DNA from: Callorhinchus milii
Taxonomy: Eukaryota
Assembly: GCF_018977255.1 (NCBI RefSeq)
Contig: NW_024704742.1
Location: forward strand, 20,462,001 to 20,526,000
Direction: 5' to 3'
DNA length: 64,000 nucleotides
Shown here: one piece after another, positions 1 through 14,565 of the stretch
How positions within the stretch are numbered: position 1 is the first letter of the stretch
How the letters are laid out: the number at the start of each line of letters is the position of its first letter
Made by a program: the position numbers and the translations under genes
The notes under the pieces: generated by a model
What the model was told of the DNA's origin: nothing
The model's input: only the letters and a program-made list of their open reading frames with translations
The model's database searches: none

Positions 1-654
1 TTAAAAGTAGGAGACACATTCTCCAATGTTTTTGCTGATAAGAAGCCTCTCTATTTGTTTATTTAGAGGTTATCTCTGATGCTGGCACATTCTCTGTTCA
101 TACAATCATGATAACCTAAGTTTAAGGAGGGCCGAACAGGTTAATTAATTTAGCAAGAAAATTTTGCAGAATCCGGACACATCAGAGGCATAAATACAAA
201 CTCTGAAGAATAAATCATAGGTAGCACAAAGATTTTCTAACAGAACCAAGGGAAGTATATCACATAGGATACAGTGTATTTGTGAAAACAGTAATATGCC
301 AAGACTGTAAAACTAATATATTATCATCCTACTTGACCATTCTGGCATCTCATTATAATGATGACAAACACCGTTTGTAAAATAATTTAACATGTGTAAT
401 GAGTACCATCACAAACAGAGGGATGATTACATACACTAATTGGGACCAACACCCAGTGGATACACAACCAACTCAAACTTGGTTTATATTGTGCCCTTCA
501 CGACGGATGGTGTCTCGGAGAGCTTGGCAATGGGAATAACTGAATATAGTGTGAAATACAAATCGGCTAGAATTAAACTAATAAAGTATTGAACTAAAAT
601 ATTGTTCCACCAAGAGATATGCTGTCACTGTAGTACAACACTATGTTACCCCTC

Positions 655-765
655 CTTTCTCTCTCTGCCACTCTCTCTCTCTCTCTCTCCGACTGTTTCT
701 CTCTTAAATCTGGCTTTTTGTCTTCTCTCTGAGTATCTCTCACTCTCTGAGTCTTTCTACCTTCC
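655..765 (+). repeat. Imperfect (CT)n microsatellite
   Basis: Runs of ctctctctct with interruptions. Confidence 0.8.
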
Positions 766-2319
766 TCGATCGCTATGTCTAGCATTGAATCTGACCATAC
801 AAAAGTACAAACACTTAGCTTCATGCTACTTGCAAAAAAGTCCTATTGTGCAGCTCTATAAAATTGCATGTATGGGCGGATGGTTATTTGGGATATGTTT
901 CACCTCAGAGTGACCAAATCACAATGCTAGTAACTTCGCATCATGGGAGCAACTGTATTGCTCTGCCCATATTGCAGTCCCAGGTTTCACCTCCGCATCA
1001 TAATAGGCTACTCTACTGCATAATGATTCAAATCACAAGCAGTATACAAATTGAAAGCTGGCAAACAATCAATAAAAACAAAATGGGTGTCAAAATCCAT
1101 TACACTCACAAAGCCAAAGAGAACAGAACATAAAAGTATAAAAGAGCCCAAAAGTTGTGGTTGTCATCAAACACACTGGTGCTCCCTTTCCCAGTTATTA
1201 AAATACCAGGTGAAATTTGCAGTATTTCATAACTTGGTGCTTGTGATAATGGATATAGAATGCACTATGAAACACCATAGATTTTTTCCTGATTTTTATT
1301 TATTGCAACCCTCCATGATCTGTTAATCAGCTGTATGTCCACACTCCTCCCTGACACTGCTACTGCTGCAGACCACCCATCTGTGTTCCGATCTGCCAGA
1401 GTTTCACCAAATAAGATAATAAGTAGGGGAAAGCAATTTAATGCATTTACTTTCCTGCTCTAGTAAGTTGGAACACTATTATGTCAGTGAGAAAGAGTTT
1501 GAGAGCGAGCATATCAACAGACTCAACCACTGTGCTGAGGGTGCACCGAGAAGAGATGTGCTGCGCTGTGACCTAATAAAAAAAACAAGCAATGAGTAGT
1601 TTATGAGAGCTTGTGAAAGCATGACCAAGGAAAAGGTTTGAACTCATAAACTCATAAAACAAAATTCCAGGCGTTTCACAAGGGATCAGCCATTTGTTCA
1701 AAACAGCTGTTACGACAGCATTCATACAAAGTAAATGACTGCACTCAAGAAGAATTTTAGCGAAAAACTCTTCAAGGATTGGAAGGATTATTCATGTTTA
1801 GTCCAGTGGCTGGACACTTCCTACTGTTTCTCCCCAAAATGGCAACAAAGCATTCCAACAATAATTGCACATAGAGATGTTTAAGTTCCAGTGCCAAACA
1901 AATTAAACGAGTGCCACTTTCATAGGGCTCTCTACCTTACGCCGCAAGAGTAAAAGTAATCAGTGCAGATAAAGACGACAATGTAAATCAGTACAAAGAA
2001 AGAATGTTTTGAGAATCCCTATGAAGATCATGCATTTTGGATGCAGGATCCAACAGTTTCAAAAGATTAAGAGCCAATGAAACAGAAGATAGTCAGCATG
2101 GTAATCAGCCGGAGTTAACAAGCCTAGCATGGGCTAGTAATATATATGGAAAACTACATTCAAATGGCAGCGTGAGAAAGACCATGCAGAGATATAGCTC
2201 ACAATTATACATTCTTTTGTTTCCAAAGGAACCCTGAAGAGAATTATGTTTGTTTACAAACCAAGTTTGAGAAGCACTTAATCAATTTGTCACAGGAACA
2301 TAAGTTGTGTTAAAAATTG

Positions 2320-2830
2320 TTTACATAAGAATTTGCTAGGCGAAAAAAGACCTAGGTCAATCTAGTTCACCTTCCACCATTCCTGGCAGTCGCTTGAAAT
2401 GGTGTGTCCCAAACTGCATACTGTATCCTGAGATATTATTTTCTAGCAATAATCTATCTAATTTGTTCTTGAAACAAACAACATTTTTTATTTCAACTGT
2501 CTCCTTAGGGAGCCTGTTCCATAAGTTTACTACTTGCTCACTGGAATAGTTTCCTCAGATTTGTTGTGAATTTAACCCCCTTCAATCACAGGCAGGGTCC
2601 TCTGGATCTTCTGTTGAGTACAAGATAAAACAGCTTACTATGGTTTACATTCATCTTTTCCCTTCAGATCTTAACCTTCTTTTCTCCAGTGTGAACATGC
2701 CCAGTTTATCTAATCACTCCTTGTAGTCCAGTCCCTCAATCCCCTCAATCATTTTGGTTGCCCTCCTTTGTATCTTCTCAATCGCTGCAATATCCTTTTT
2801 CATATTGCGGTGACCAGAACTACACACAGT
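2320..2830 (-). mobile_element. CR1 LINE 3' fragment, decayed
   Basis: Minus strand resembles the CR1 ORF2 C-terminus (CV*FWSP motif at 2810-2830, then 'KLGMFTLEK'), followed by a 3' UTR ending near acataaga. Confidence 0.7.
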
Positions 2831-3814
2831 TTTTCTTAAGTAATAATAAGTAAAATCTATTTGCCTTCAAAATACGCAGCTGCTGCACTTTGCAGTAATA
2901 ATAATGATTGTTACATTTGATAAAGTAGTTTTCACCTTGGGAGGCAGTTTCAAAGCACCACACTGGATTTGCTGCCATACGTCTCTTCACATCAGATGTT
3001 TTCAAGAATCTTCCTCTAAGAAGCAAATCTGCACATTCGTACATCGCAGCATTTCAACGGGACTTCAATCTACTTCTGGGATGCCATGCATCGGTGTGAC
3101 TCTATTTTAAAGGAATACCATCTGTAGCATTGCGTTGCATGGATCTTATCTTTGCACTTGTCCTCCACTCTTTGAACATTCTTGTCACCTCGAAAACTGA
3201 TATGTTGCAAGGCTGCCACTGTCACCTGGTACCAGGCCATTGCCCTTGTGCGATGCTTGTAACAGGTGTTGCAGACACCTAACAGTTGGAGACGGAAAGC
3301 ATGTTGTGCTATGTTCTACATTCTGATTGCATCCTCCTCCTTGGCCTCCATTGCTGCATCCTCTTGGTTTGTAAATTCCCATTGAAATTTAAGTATGGAT
3401 ACGGCTGGCAGGTACCCTTGTTAATCAAGCTGATGTTTCAGATTAGCTACGCTGCTGCTGTAACCTTTAAAACCTTCGAGAGACAAACTCACAAACTACA
3501 ATGCATTTTAAAGTCTTGTTGCTAACAAATTTCCAGCATCAAGGTCTAGCCCCCGTGCTTCCTCTAATAGTAGCTATGTTCTTATAAAACAAATTTTGAC
3601 CCCGCAGAAATATTCAAATGTCTTATCAGTAGTTCAATAAAACTAGTTACTATTGTATTTCTCCATATTGTGTGAAAACAAATCTTGATTAACTGATTTG
3701 TGGATACATATGAAGAATGACACATAATGTATTTCCCAAACTAATAATATTTTCCTGTCACAAATAGTTTCAACTAATAAAGTTACAACACATTTTCTTC
3801 CCTTCCCAGACACT

Positions 3815-4112
3815 GGGATTCCTGTAGCTCAGTGGTTAGAGCACTCACTTTGCAAGCGAGAGATCTGGGTTCGATTCCCGGTAGGGCGAAACCTTGGGCA
3901 AGTTTCCTAACTCCACACGCCTGATAATAATCCCTCAAAAAACAATAATAAATTGGTCATTTCAATCCACGACTGTGGACACTGCTGGGCGCAATTGGCT
4001 GCTGCAATTCACCCACAAATATACAGTCAATTCACTTTACAGTCTTCTGTGAAATGCTTTGAGACGTCTAGAAGGCGTGATAAGGCGCTATATCAAATGC
4101 AAGGATTATTAT
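3815..4112 (+). mobile_element. tRNA(Ala)-derived SINE with L2-like tail (SINE2-1_CM-like), short variant
   Basis: Box A tagctcagtgg, anticodon loop tttgcaa, box B ggttcgattcc; tail gcgctatatcaaatgcaaggattatt; many copies in the window. Confidence 0.9.
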
Positions 4113-4237
4113 TTTATCCTTATATTATTACTGGCCTCTTTATTTGTCTATGATCTCAGTACAAGTATTTTAATCTTAGGCTTTGAGAATGCCACTTTCT
4201 TGAATAGAACAATTAAGGAACCATTGTTTTTTGGTCA

Positions 4238-4600
4238 ACCAGATATCTGCCACAAGCGGAAATCCATCACAATCCTTAACGGTATCCAAAATAAAATGAA
4301 TGGTTATTTGGAATGGAATTCGCATTCTCTCCTTGGTGGAATGCATCTTGCTTACCTGATTCCAGAATGTGTTAGTTGCAGGTTGACACCTTGGGGATCC
4401 TAGAGTGTGTGCTGGAGTACTGCTGGAGCCTAACCAGCTGAAACCACATAGAATAACCCATTGAGAGCACTGCCTGACAAGCTTTCCAGCTGCTTGTCCA
4501 GCTAAGACCACCCTATCTATTAGAGCTTTGCCTTGGAGAATGAACGGGAGCTGAGCTGAAATATGTCACCTTGGAGTCAGACGCCACTTACATTCCCCCG
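4238..4600 (-). repeat. Unclassified interspersed repeat, diverged copy of the 27770-28330 family
   Basis: Reverse complement aligns by eye with 27788 (ctccaaggtgacat), 28030-28120 and 28190-28320. Confidence 0.7.
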
Positions 4601-5605
4601 AAGTAGGATAGTCACGAGTTAGCCATTCAAGAACCCACATGATCTCTACTTTCTGGATGAATGAGAATACGGTGAATGTGAAAGTGTTCTAATGAAACTC
4701 CCTTCCATAGTGCATCTTAATTGCATACCCAAATCAGCATTTTAACGACAGGGAACAAATGAGGTTTTAAGCAAAGAATTTATTACTAAGAATATAGCAA
4801 TAGTTCCTCTCACAATAGCACCCACATCAATTATACGTTACCAAAGCAGGATTCAGTGGAGTGTAAATTTAGACCTTCCACGAAACAGACATTGCAGACA
4901 GCATTCAATTCCTTTTGGCGATTTCAAAAGCTCCATTGTGTCACATAAGCAATGATGCCAAGGTGACAAAAACATTGAGCAATAATAAGCCGTTTGTTCA
5001 TAATTCCAAAGCATTGCTTAGATTCCATTGTGCTCATGATCTTTTGTGGGTATCTGATTGCTATGTCACCACTTTATTGTAATGTCACCGTTCATTCCAC
5101 CACTTACAAAGAGACACTTACAAGCATTGAGCATTTGTCCCAAACTTGAATCAGGCTAGGTTACACATTCAGCATTAACTTCAGAACCCTGCACGATTAC
5201 AACCGATGTTTATCTACAGCGGCCATCAGCATCAATTAAGGGTTTTAACATATTTACACTGCACATATTCTTTAGACATCATGACTACAAATAACTACTC
5301 ATACTTCTTAGATATTGCACTGCCTACATCAATGCAGAGAGACTGGTAATTACTTCTTCACCAACCCCTCTTGTTGGGTCCTTCTTATGTGGCTTGGCTG
5401 TATGCTGGTGAAACTTGCTGAGCTACAAGAAGTGATTGTTTATGTTTTAATCCAAAGCATTCATTGCTGGAGGGAGTAGGGGAATTCATCATATCTGCCC
5501 CTACTGACCTGTCTGACTCTGTCACCAACTTTTTTTTAACAGATTGCTCCCAAAAGTATTGCATGAATCTTGATTTTTTTTAAATGGCTTTATTATAATG
5601 TATAT

Positions 5606-5920
5606 AATAATAATAATAATCCTTGCATTTGATATAGCGGTTTTCACGTCGGGAGGTCCTCCCAAAGCCCTTCACAGAACACACCGTAAAGTGAATTGAC
5701 TGTATATTTGTGGGCAAACGCGGCAGCCAATTGCGCACAGCAATGTCCCACAAACAGTTGTAGATTAAAAATGACCAATTTATTATTGTTTTTGGTTTGG
5801 GAGAGATTATTATTATTATTATTAGCAAGAAAACTTGCCCAAGGTTTCTCCCTGCCTGGAATTGAACTCAGGTCTCCTGCTTGCAAAGCGAGTGCTCTAA
5901 CCACTGAGCTACAGGACTCC
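5606..5920 (-). mobile_element. tRNA(Ala)-derived SINE, short variant
   Basis: Full head (ggagtcctgtagctcagtggttagagc) through to the (att)n tail on the minus strand. Confidence 0.9.
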
Positions 5921-6939
5921 ATATAAATCTTGTCACAGAAGATGGTTGGAATGTGAAATTCTTGATGAAGCAGATTATTTCAAGAGTTAGTATCCATCTA
6001 TTTCAAGAATTAGATAGATACTTCAAAAAGAAGAATATTGGAGAGTGTGTGGCAGTGAGCAGTGGGTTTGGAATAGATTGGGTATCTCGTGAAGAAAAAC
6101 ATTAGGATAGATTGGATGGGCCAACTCTCTATTGGTTAATTGCCAATTTAATAAAACCACTTCCTTATTTTTCTAAGATTTCTGCCCTGTTGTTTCTTAG
6201 TCATTTATTCCACATTATCCCAAATATATAATCATGTAATCTAAACCTTTCAGCATTTAATGGTGATAGCAAGACAGTGAGGGATAAACACTTGCAATGG
6301 AAGCTCCCACTAATTTGTGGGATTTAGTACAGTGGTCGCCTTTCAGATGGATTTAAGACCTGAAATTTTCAACCAAAATCAAGATGAAACAACTTGTTTC
6401 AATATTTCAAGTCCAAACTGGGTGTAGAGAGTGGAGGAAGGGGAGAGAAATCAATTATCCGTATGTTAGTGAATGTAACAACTCAGCCAGTGTGATAGTG
6501 CTGATAGTGCGAGACCCTATTGTAAGGCTGACAGCCAAAGATTAGTCAGTATATTCATTAACAAATGATGACTCGATCCTCGTGCATGACTTAAATAAGG
6601 TGTACAACAACAACAAAATTACATTTGTATAGCGCCTTAGAAATCGGTCAGGTTAAGATGCAGTGAAACATAAAGACTATGATTGACTGCTTTTAGGACT
6701 GTTGCCTTCCTCCTAACTACTGCAATGTAGGACCTTTACAGGTTCAGGAGACTAATTTAGTAGAGTGAGAGAAAGTGATAACTTGCAATGCCCTGGCAGA
6801 ATAAATTCAGTTTCCATGGAAACAAGCAGGAAACATTTCAGACTAGCACTTTAGCACGTGTTTTTCAATCTGCTCCCGTTCAGAATTGTTTAGATTGTTA
6901 AACAAATTCTTTCATTGGTCGGTATAGGAAAAAAGGAAT

Positions 6940-7680
6940 GAACTGGGGAAATTATAGGCCAGTTTGTCTCACATTGGTTCTATGTAAAAGTCTTGAGTCC
7001 ATAGTGAAAGACCAACCATTTAGCAAACATTTAGAAAGGCATGGTGTTAATCAGAAATAGTCAATATGATTTTAAAAGGCAGGTCGTACTGAACTCATTT
7101 AAGAGCAGTTTTGAGAAATAACAGTATAGTTAAAGGGAATGCTATGGATTATAGACCGTATGGATTACTGGTAAATTAAGGCATGTGGTATCAAAGATAA
7201 TGTAGCACCATTGATACAGAGATGGCAGAAAGACAGGAAGCAGAAAGTAGAGGATTTTTCTTTGGCTGGAAGAATGTAGATAGTGGTGTACATCAGGAAT
7301 CTGTGCTCAGGCCTCTCCTATTTTTAATACACATATTCATATAAATTATCTGGATTTAGGCATAAGGCCCATGACACTAGGAGTGAGAGGTAATAGTTAC
7401 CTGGAGAGACATGAAACCCCAGCACTATTTCTGTTGGAATAGAGAAGGTTAAAGCATGAAATCTAATCTAGAGTTTTCAAAATTATGTTAAGAAACTGAG
7501 ACCATTTCCATTGATCGATGAGTCAGCAAAAGAGAGAAATTAATTGAGTGCCATCATCAGAAGAAAAAGGGGATTGATTACAAAAGGACTGTTAGAATGC
7601 AGACTGTCTCAACACTAACGGCTGTTGTCATTCGAGCCTATAACAATTTACAAAGGAATTGGATAAACTTGATTAGAATA
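6940..7680 (+). mobile_element. Highly decayed CR1 ORF2 (RT) fragment
   Basis: Remnants of 'GNYRPVCLT' (6947-6975) and 'SGVHQESVL' (7282-7308), with many stops and frameshifts. Confidence 0.7.
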
Positions 7681-9397
7681 GAGCTCCACTGAGTGACCTA
7701 ACATCAGCCGAGTGACCAACATTTGAACTGTAAACTTCTGCAGTTCGATATATTATACATTCAATGGTCTTTTTCCATATTGGGGTAATCAACTCAAATG
7801 GTCTAAGAGTTTGTAAAAGGTATTTTTAGAGTGGGGGAATACTTTCTTTCACTGTATACCTTCATGCTAACATACGTGTGAAATCCTCAAAATATTCTAA
7901 AAATACACAGAAAAGTACGCCTGTGTACCATTGAGGAAAAAACACAGCAGAAAATACATTTGATACTCTTTGATTCTTCTAGTTATGTTATAATACAATA
8001 CAAAATTATATTTGGAAAGCACCTTTCACATCAGGAGGACGTTCCCAAGGCGCTGAACAGTTAAGAGTCGTTAGGATTCAGGGTAATAATAACAAACCTT
8101 GTATTTGATACAGCGCCTTATCACACTGACAAAATCTCTCAGAGATTCACAGGATTTGCTGTAAAGTGCAGTGACTGCATATTTATAGGAGGTACATACA
8201 ATCAACTGCACTGGAAGACAACTAAGTTCCGTAAAGGCAGGACTTCATATGCAAGAAATGACTAAATTACATATACACACACACACAATATCATTTAATG
8301 AGGAAAGACAATTCAGCTCATTGGGTCAGATCCTTTCAACATACAATGTCAATAAGGGAATACAATAATAATCTTTGCATTTGAGTTTGCGCTTTATCAT
8401 CTTCAAGACATCTCAAAACGCTTCATAGAACATACTGTAAAGTGTAGTGACTGTATAATTTTGGAGCAAAACTAAATATGATGGTAATATGTGGATGAAA
8501 GAAGGACTGACTACATATGACAAAGTACACTAGTCCCAAGAAACATCAGAAGACATTTCCAATGAGCAGCATTCATCCCAATACCAAGTATCATACACCG
8601 AGGAAAAACAAAAGAATGAATTACTTTTCTTCTGTGAATCTGGTGTACTGACGCAAATAAAGGCCCTACAGGTTAAATCAGCTAGCATTAAAATGATGTA
8701 CAAATTGCCTTCCACCACTAATGCACTGGGAAGCCGAGCAGCAAAGAAAAATCACTCAGAGCAGCACATAAATTGTAGTCCAGGTTTGCAGCAAGTATCA
8801 ATCAGTTTGAAGCTGTGACTAACAATAATTGATATTGGTTTGCAACTGGGAAATTACGTTTCATAATTCCAAAAGAGCATATCTGATAAGTGCAGTTTTT
8901 GTTAATGCACTGAAGCCTCTATGTAGGCATACTAAAGTAAGTAGCTTTCTTTTTTGTGTGATCTCTTTTTTGTGTGATCTCCATAAAAAAGGACTTCATA
9001 TGCAAGAAATTCTATGTGTACCACACCACCCAACATTTTATTTTATAACACTGGACGGATTAATCTTAATCTGATGGTTTAGAACATGTATTGTTTATGG
9101 TAATGTGAATGGATTCAATTCATCAGCTCAAAGTAATTTTTTTTAATTGGCGACAAATAAAGAACATTTTGCTTGTTTTTGTTCATTTTGGTTTTCCTAA
9201 GACCTCATAGCCCTCCTCCCCTCGCTCCCACCACCACCACTCCTGCCACACACAGAACCAATATGTTTATTCATTGCTATGGTAAGTAAACCATAAGAGT
9301 CTCCAGAGACATCTCCACAGATACCATCAATCCTCAGTGAACTCAATGATGATCCAAAAGCCCGAGTTCCTTCTGTTCCTCAAGCACAGTCTTCTGG

Positions 9398-10015
9398 AAA
9401 CATAGAAATGTACAGTACAGAAGGGGGCCCTTCACCGACTCAGAGCAAGGAGATCAATTCAATCCCACGGCCATATCTCATCCACATACCTCTTCAAGCC
9501 CCTCTCCTTTATATCCCTCCCTTTTGAAAGCTACAATAGACTGTGCCTTCACCACCCTACTCAGCAGGGCATTCCTCATCCTAACTCTCTGAGTGAAAAA
9601 AAATCCTCATAAGTTCCGTCCCTGCCATAACCACCCCAACATCGGCGGCCAGGCTTTCAGCCTCTTTGTACCCACCCTTTGGAACGCCATCCCACAATCC
9701 CTTCACGTTGCTCCCTCCCTTGCCTCCTTCAAAGCATGACCCTGACAAAACTCCTCAACATCTTTGTACATTTCTATCAGGTCCTTCCTTAATCTTTTCT
9801 GCTCCAATGAATACAGACCCAGTTTCTCCAATCTATCCTCATCACTGTAACCCTTCATCCCCAGAATCATTCTTTTCTCATTGAAAGCCTGAGTCCAACC
9901 GGCAAAATTTGTCACCTATAGGAAACTGAAATCTGAACATTGGTCAGAACCCGTCATTAGCACAGACATGATGGGCTGAATGGCCTCTTCTGTGCTACAA
10001 ATATCTATGGTTTTA
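9398..10015. mobile_element. Mosaic of CR1 3' fragments with an embedded L2 fragment
   Basis: CR1 tail aaacatagaaatgtacag (-); L2-like ccaacatcggcggccaggctttcagcc (9637-9740, +); CR1 'GMKGYSDEDRLEKLGLYSLEQKRLR' (-); CR1 tail atgggctgaatggcct (+). Confidence 0.65.
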
Positions 10016-10409
10016 TGATGCTGTGGTCCTGGAATTCAGAACAGAGTCCGAGCACAGGAGTTGCTGGGCTGATACATATCGCAATGCACCTTATTTTTTT
10101 GCCAGTTACAGAATTCAATTAGCAGCTCGTAAAATATTAATCTATCCATTTTAACATCTTAGATAATTAGTTCAAACCATTGGAAGGAAGATAAGTAGTC
10201 ATGTGACCTTGTAAAACAATTATGGAAATGCAATAGTCTTGTTGAACATATCACGTGATAGCAAATGGAAATATCTTTCACTTCCAGCCAATTTAATCAC
10301 TTCATGCATTTGTAATAAAGTTGAAATGAAACTGAACAAACACCTCACGGGATTATTTTTTGTAATTTATTGCATCCAATTATATTTCTCACTAATTTTT
10401 CTCATCACT

Positions 10410-10770
10410 GGCGTACATCTCTGCTCCAGATTTGGCCTACTCTTGCTAGATGTAGTTCCATGGGTACTGTTTCCCCTCTTGTACCCTGTCTAATTGGCCA
10501 TTCTTCATGTTTGAGCCTTACCGGCAAATGTCGGCAGGTCACTTGACTGAATAACACTTCACAAATGACCCTGACCTCAACATACCTACACTTCCACATG
10601 CACTACCATTACTAGAAGAGGATGCTCTGATAATAATCTTTGCATTTGATATAGCGTTTTATCAGAACTTTGAGATATTGAGGCTGATTTTCTCCTCCCC
10701 AATCCTGGGCCAACTTAGCCTCTACGTAGCCCTAGCTGAGACAAGCAAGGATTGTGATTCGAACCATTGA
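10410..10770 (-). mobile_element. Ancient SINE (AmnSINE2-like by recall), interrupted by a short younger SINE tail
   Basis: Minus strand ggctcaaacatgaagaatggcc...gtacccatggaact is shared with the copy at 19100-19470. Confidence 0.55.
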
Positions 10771-13329
10771 GTAACTGGTCCATAAGTCAACATGGTTTCT
10801 TCTCAAATTGGCTTTTGCATTCACTTACCAGTGCACAGTTACTACACTTCACAGTAACATCCAATTACATCTCAACAATGTGATAAGTCACTGTGTCAAA
10901 TGCACAGATTATTAATTATTAATATTGTGTTATGTTGTGGACTGATCATGGAAAAAACAACAGTTAATAATAATAATTATAATAATCATTGTACTTAACA
11001 GAGAGCCTGACAAGGTGCTTCACAGGATATACTGTAAATTGTAGTGTGCATGTATCTAAGCACTGTGTTGAAGCTGGCATTACATTCTGCACTTGCACAA
11101 TCTTTTTTCCCAGAAAAAGAATTGGAGTTATCTTTAATTTGATGAAGCAACTTGCTGAGAGACTTTGAAACTTATAAATAAATCAACAAGGCAGAGATAG
11201 AACAGCAGGCAGCCAGGTTTGAAAATATTTAAGTAATTAGAAATCCGAATTAATTAGGTCTCATGAACAAATAGTTACAAGTGTGCTTTTAGTTGGTTTC
11301 AAAGTCAAATAGAGTTCAAAAATGAAAATGAACAGGGATCAGAGATTGAAGAAAATGAAATTTTAAGATTGCTGTCCATATCTCTTCAAAATCTACCTTT
11401 CAGTTTGTTTATTATTTTTATTAATAATTAATATGTTCCTTTTTTTGCTAATTTCCACAAGTGAAACTGTTCATGTGATAAGAAATTATGCCGTTATGGA
11501 GCTGAGTTCAGATTCAGGAATGGAAATGCTTACAACACCATATGCATTCCATTAAAGGAACACAATTGGCAACACATTATAAAATATTTTTTTAGGTGAG
11601 AATAAAAGATAAAGCATCTGGTGACATTAACCAATAACAAATTGCATTTATATAGCACCCTGGCTGCCTGCTGTTCTATCTCTGCCTTGTTGGGAGGGCG
11701 TTCCAAGGTGCTGAAACTGCTTTGGCCCAGTTATTTTTACATAATTATAGCTCAATCCTTCCCCTGGAAAAATATACACTTCTGCTCTCACCTATTGAAA
11801 TGAAATTGCTTAGTGAATGCTCTTTTAACAGTGATGTATCATTTTGATATTGTATGCATTGCCGCAAGGCACAGACTGGTGGATATGCAGCAGATGAAGT
11901 GGTCATATTAGCTACAACCTTATCAGAACAGGTTGCTTACTGGCCTGTGGTCAACAGATGACAGAGTCCTTAGTGTGTATCAGATTAGTCTTGTAATATG
12001 TGCTGCTGTCGCAAGCAATTTAAGGTTGGGATCAGGATTAAATTATTTTTTAAATGCTGTACCTGGCAATTTACGATGGGAATGAATGCAGGTTATTTCC
12101 ATATTTTGATCTGAAGTGGAGAGGGTTTAAACCAGATTTTGAGAAGGCTAAACAAAAGCAATTTACAGACTTCCTTTTGCAACATTACAACAATATATTT
12201 TTCTTATAGACAGATGTGTGGTATTCTTATTGCAAGACAGTGTTCATCTGCCTGCGACTATAAAAACAGCAACCCATTATCAAAGGTGGTTTGGCAGATA
12301 CATCTACTGCTGCAATCCTTACATAACCATACAAGAGCTGTATTTATCAAGCCAACAATGTATTTTTCAAATGCTAAAAATTGTAATTATTGTACATATT
12401 GACTGGTGATTATTGGGAGCCAATGCTGCTGTGTTTTTACCTGGTAAAGACTGACTTGCTGAGCTAAGTATAAAGTGCTCTGGGAGGCTACCTTGCTTGA
12501 GGGGCGCTATATAAATGCAAGTTGTTGTTGTGAAAAAATAATAATCCTTGCATTTGATATAAAAGCATGTAACTGCCAGATAGTTCATTACCTTCACTAA
12601 GAGATATAGCAGGGAAATAACTTAGTGATCACCATTTAATTGATCTTGAATCCAAAGTAAGATGTAATCTTACCAACAGCGGGCAGATGGAATGCTATAA
12701 TTCAATGCCCTGCTGGCATTGGTGGAGAGAACAAAAAAAAGAGATTTTATTTCTTTTGAAATTGTAACTTTGAACAACTAATACCTTTGGAGTTAACTCA
12801 CATATTTGGTATTTTCATCACCAATCCTAAAATGACGTCTAAAAATTATACATCAGTTGTCCAGCATAGTGTAAACTGCTTGCAGTGGCACAAATGAGTG
12901 GCATCTTTGCACTTGAAATTTCTTGTCACTGAAGTCAGCAAAAAGGATGACTCTAAGCTACAGTCATTTGGCAAGCTTTCCCACCACATCAAATTGATTC
13001 TTTCTTGCTACATTTTTCAATAAGCCAGTTTGTCCATGAAAAACAGGGAAGGGCATTCAGAATATACCGTGTATGACCAAACTGAAGGATGCATAAATCT
13101 GCTCTAGGTTTCTTTTCTTACTAATCATTTTGGAGGTGAAACAACATGATATTCCCCTTTACCACTACTGAAAGGTGATTTACTGGCACTTAAAAGGGGA
13201 ACGGTTTTCAAGAAAAAAAGATAAGTTTTTGATCGCAAACACATCAAAATCATCATCATATTGTACGTGATTGACATCATTACGACGAAAAGGCCAAACC
13301 TTTATTTAATAGTCTCTAATAGTAAGACA

Positions 13330-14080
13330 AAATAAATGGAATCCATCAATGATTAATGCAAGGTACTACGTGTTGGATGCAAGATTAGGAAACACATGTA
13401 CTCCATGGATGGGTTTGAACTTGTCAAGTGGGAGCTGCAAAAGATCTAGGGATGTTAGTTGACCAATGCTCACTGTGTCAAAACAGTGTGAAGCAATAAT
13501 AAACAAGGCAAACAAAATGCTGTGCTGTATTGCTAATATTTGAGTTTAGATCCCCAGATGTCATAGTCAGGCTGAACGTGCCAGACCACATTTTGAGTAT
13601 TGCATACAGCTCTGGTCAACGTGACATGGTGGGAGGCTGCTCAGAACCTGGAGGTAGTGCAGAAGAGAGCAACAAAGATGATCCCCAGTGTTAGAGGAAT
13701 GAGCTATGCACAATGAATAGACAAGCAAAAGCTCTTCAGTCTTGAGAGAAGATCTCAGAAAGGAACTCAGAGTGGTACAGTATATATAGTTTTAAATAGA
13801 ATTGAAAAAATAAATCCAGATCAATAATTTAGGATGCAACAATACAGCAGAACAAGAACACATTGGTTTAGAGTTACAAATGGGCAAATACCAGAAAGCT
13901 TTACTTTACTCAGTGCATAATTGACTGGAACAGGTTGCCAGGACAAGTGGTTGAAGCCAGGACACTGAACTCATTTAAGAAGCAACTTGATGCAGTAATG
14001 GAAGGACAGTAGGTAAGGTGGGTATTCTGGAGGGATGAGATCAGATGGGACGCAATCTGGTGATCTTGCAACCTTTGTGG
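13330..14080 (+). mobile_element. Decayed CR1 ORF2 C-terminal fragment and 3' UTR
   Basis: Remnants of 'DLGMLVD', 'RPHFEYCIQLWS', 'EVVQKRATKMIPSVRGMSY'; very similar to 63820-64000. Confidence 0.75.
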
Positions 14081-14565
14081 TCAGTCACTTTACAGGCAGA
14101 TTTCCTGTTTTTCACAGAATTTTGTAGTCTATTTAATGCAACAAATCTGCTTATTAGGAATACTGGATTTTCCAAAAATGTCCAAAATAAATGAGCTGCC
14201 TATATTAAATCTGTAGGTTATTAATTTTATAGCTTATTGAGAAATGGAATATGCCAGTGAAATGCAATGGATAATTTTTCATTAAATGAAAATTCCCCTT
14301 ACCCGTCATGGGGACGGCCCAGGCAGTTAATGTTCTCATATGGTCTCTTCTAGCTATCATTTGCTACAGAACTCAGTGGCGCTCTAATCACAGCAGTTAG
14401 CTGAACAGGAAATTGGAACGATGATTATTTTATGTTAAAAAATCCTGAATATTTTACGCGTACCTGAATTAATAAAAATTATATCTGGATCTACAGATAG
14501 ATCCGAGACTGAGACCCTACCCTGCGTGAGGGGCACTATATAAACCCAAGTTGTTGTGTTTTATT

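Noticed and set aside
3815..3890. tRNA-Ala(TGC)-like sequences here and at the other SINE heads
   Set aside because: The acceptor stem does not close and each continues into a SINE body, so they are not tRNA genes
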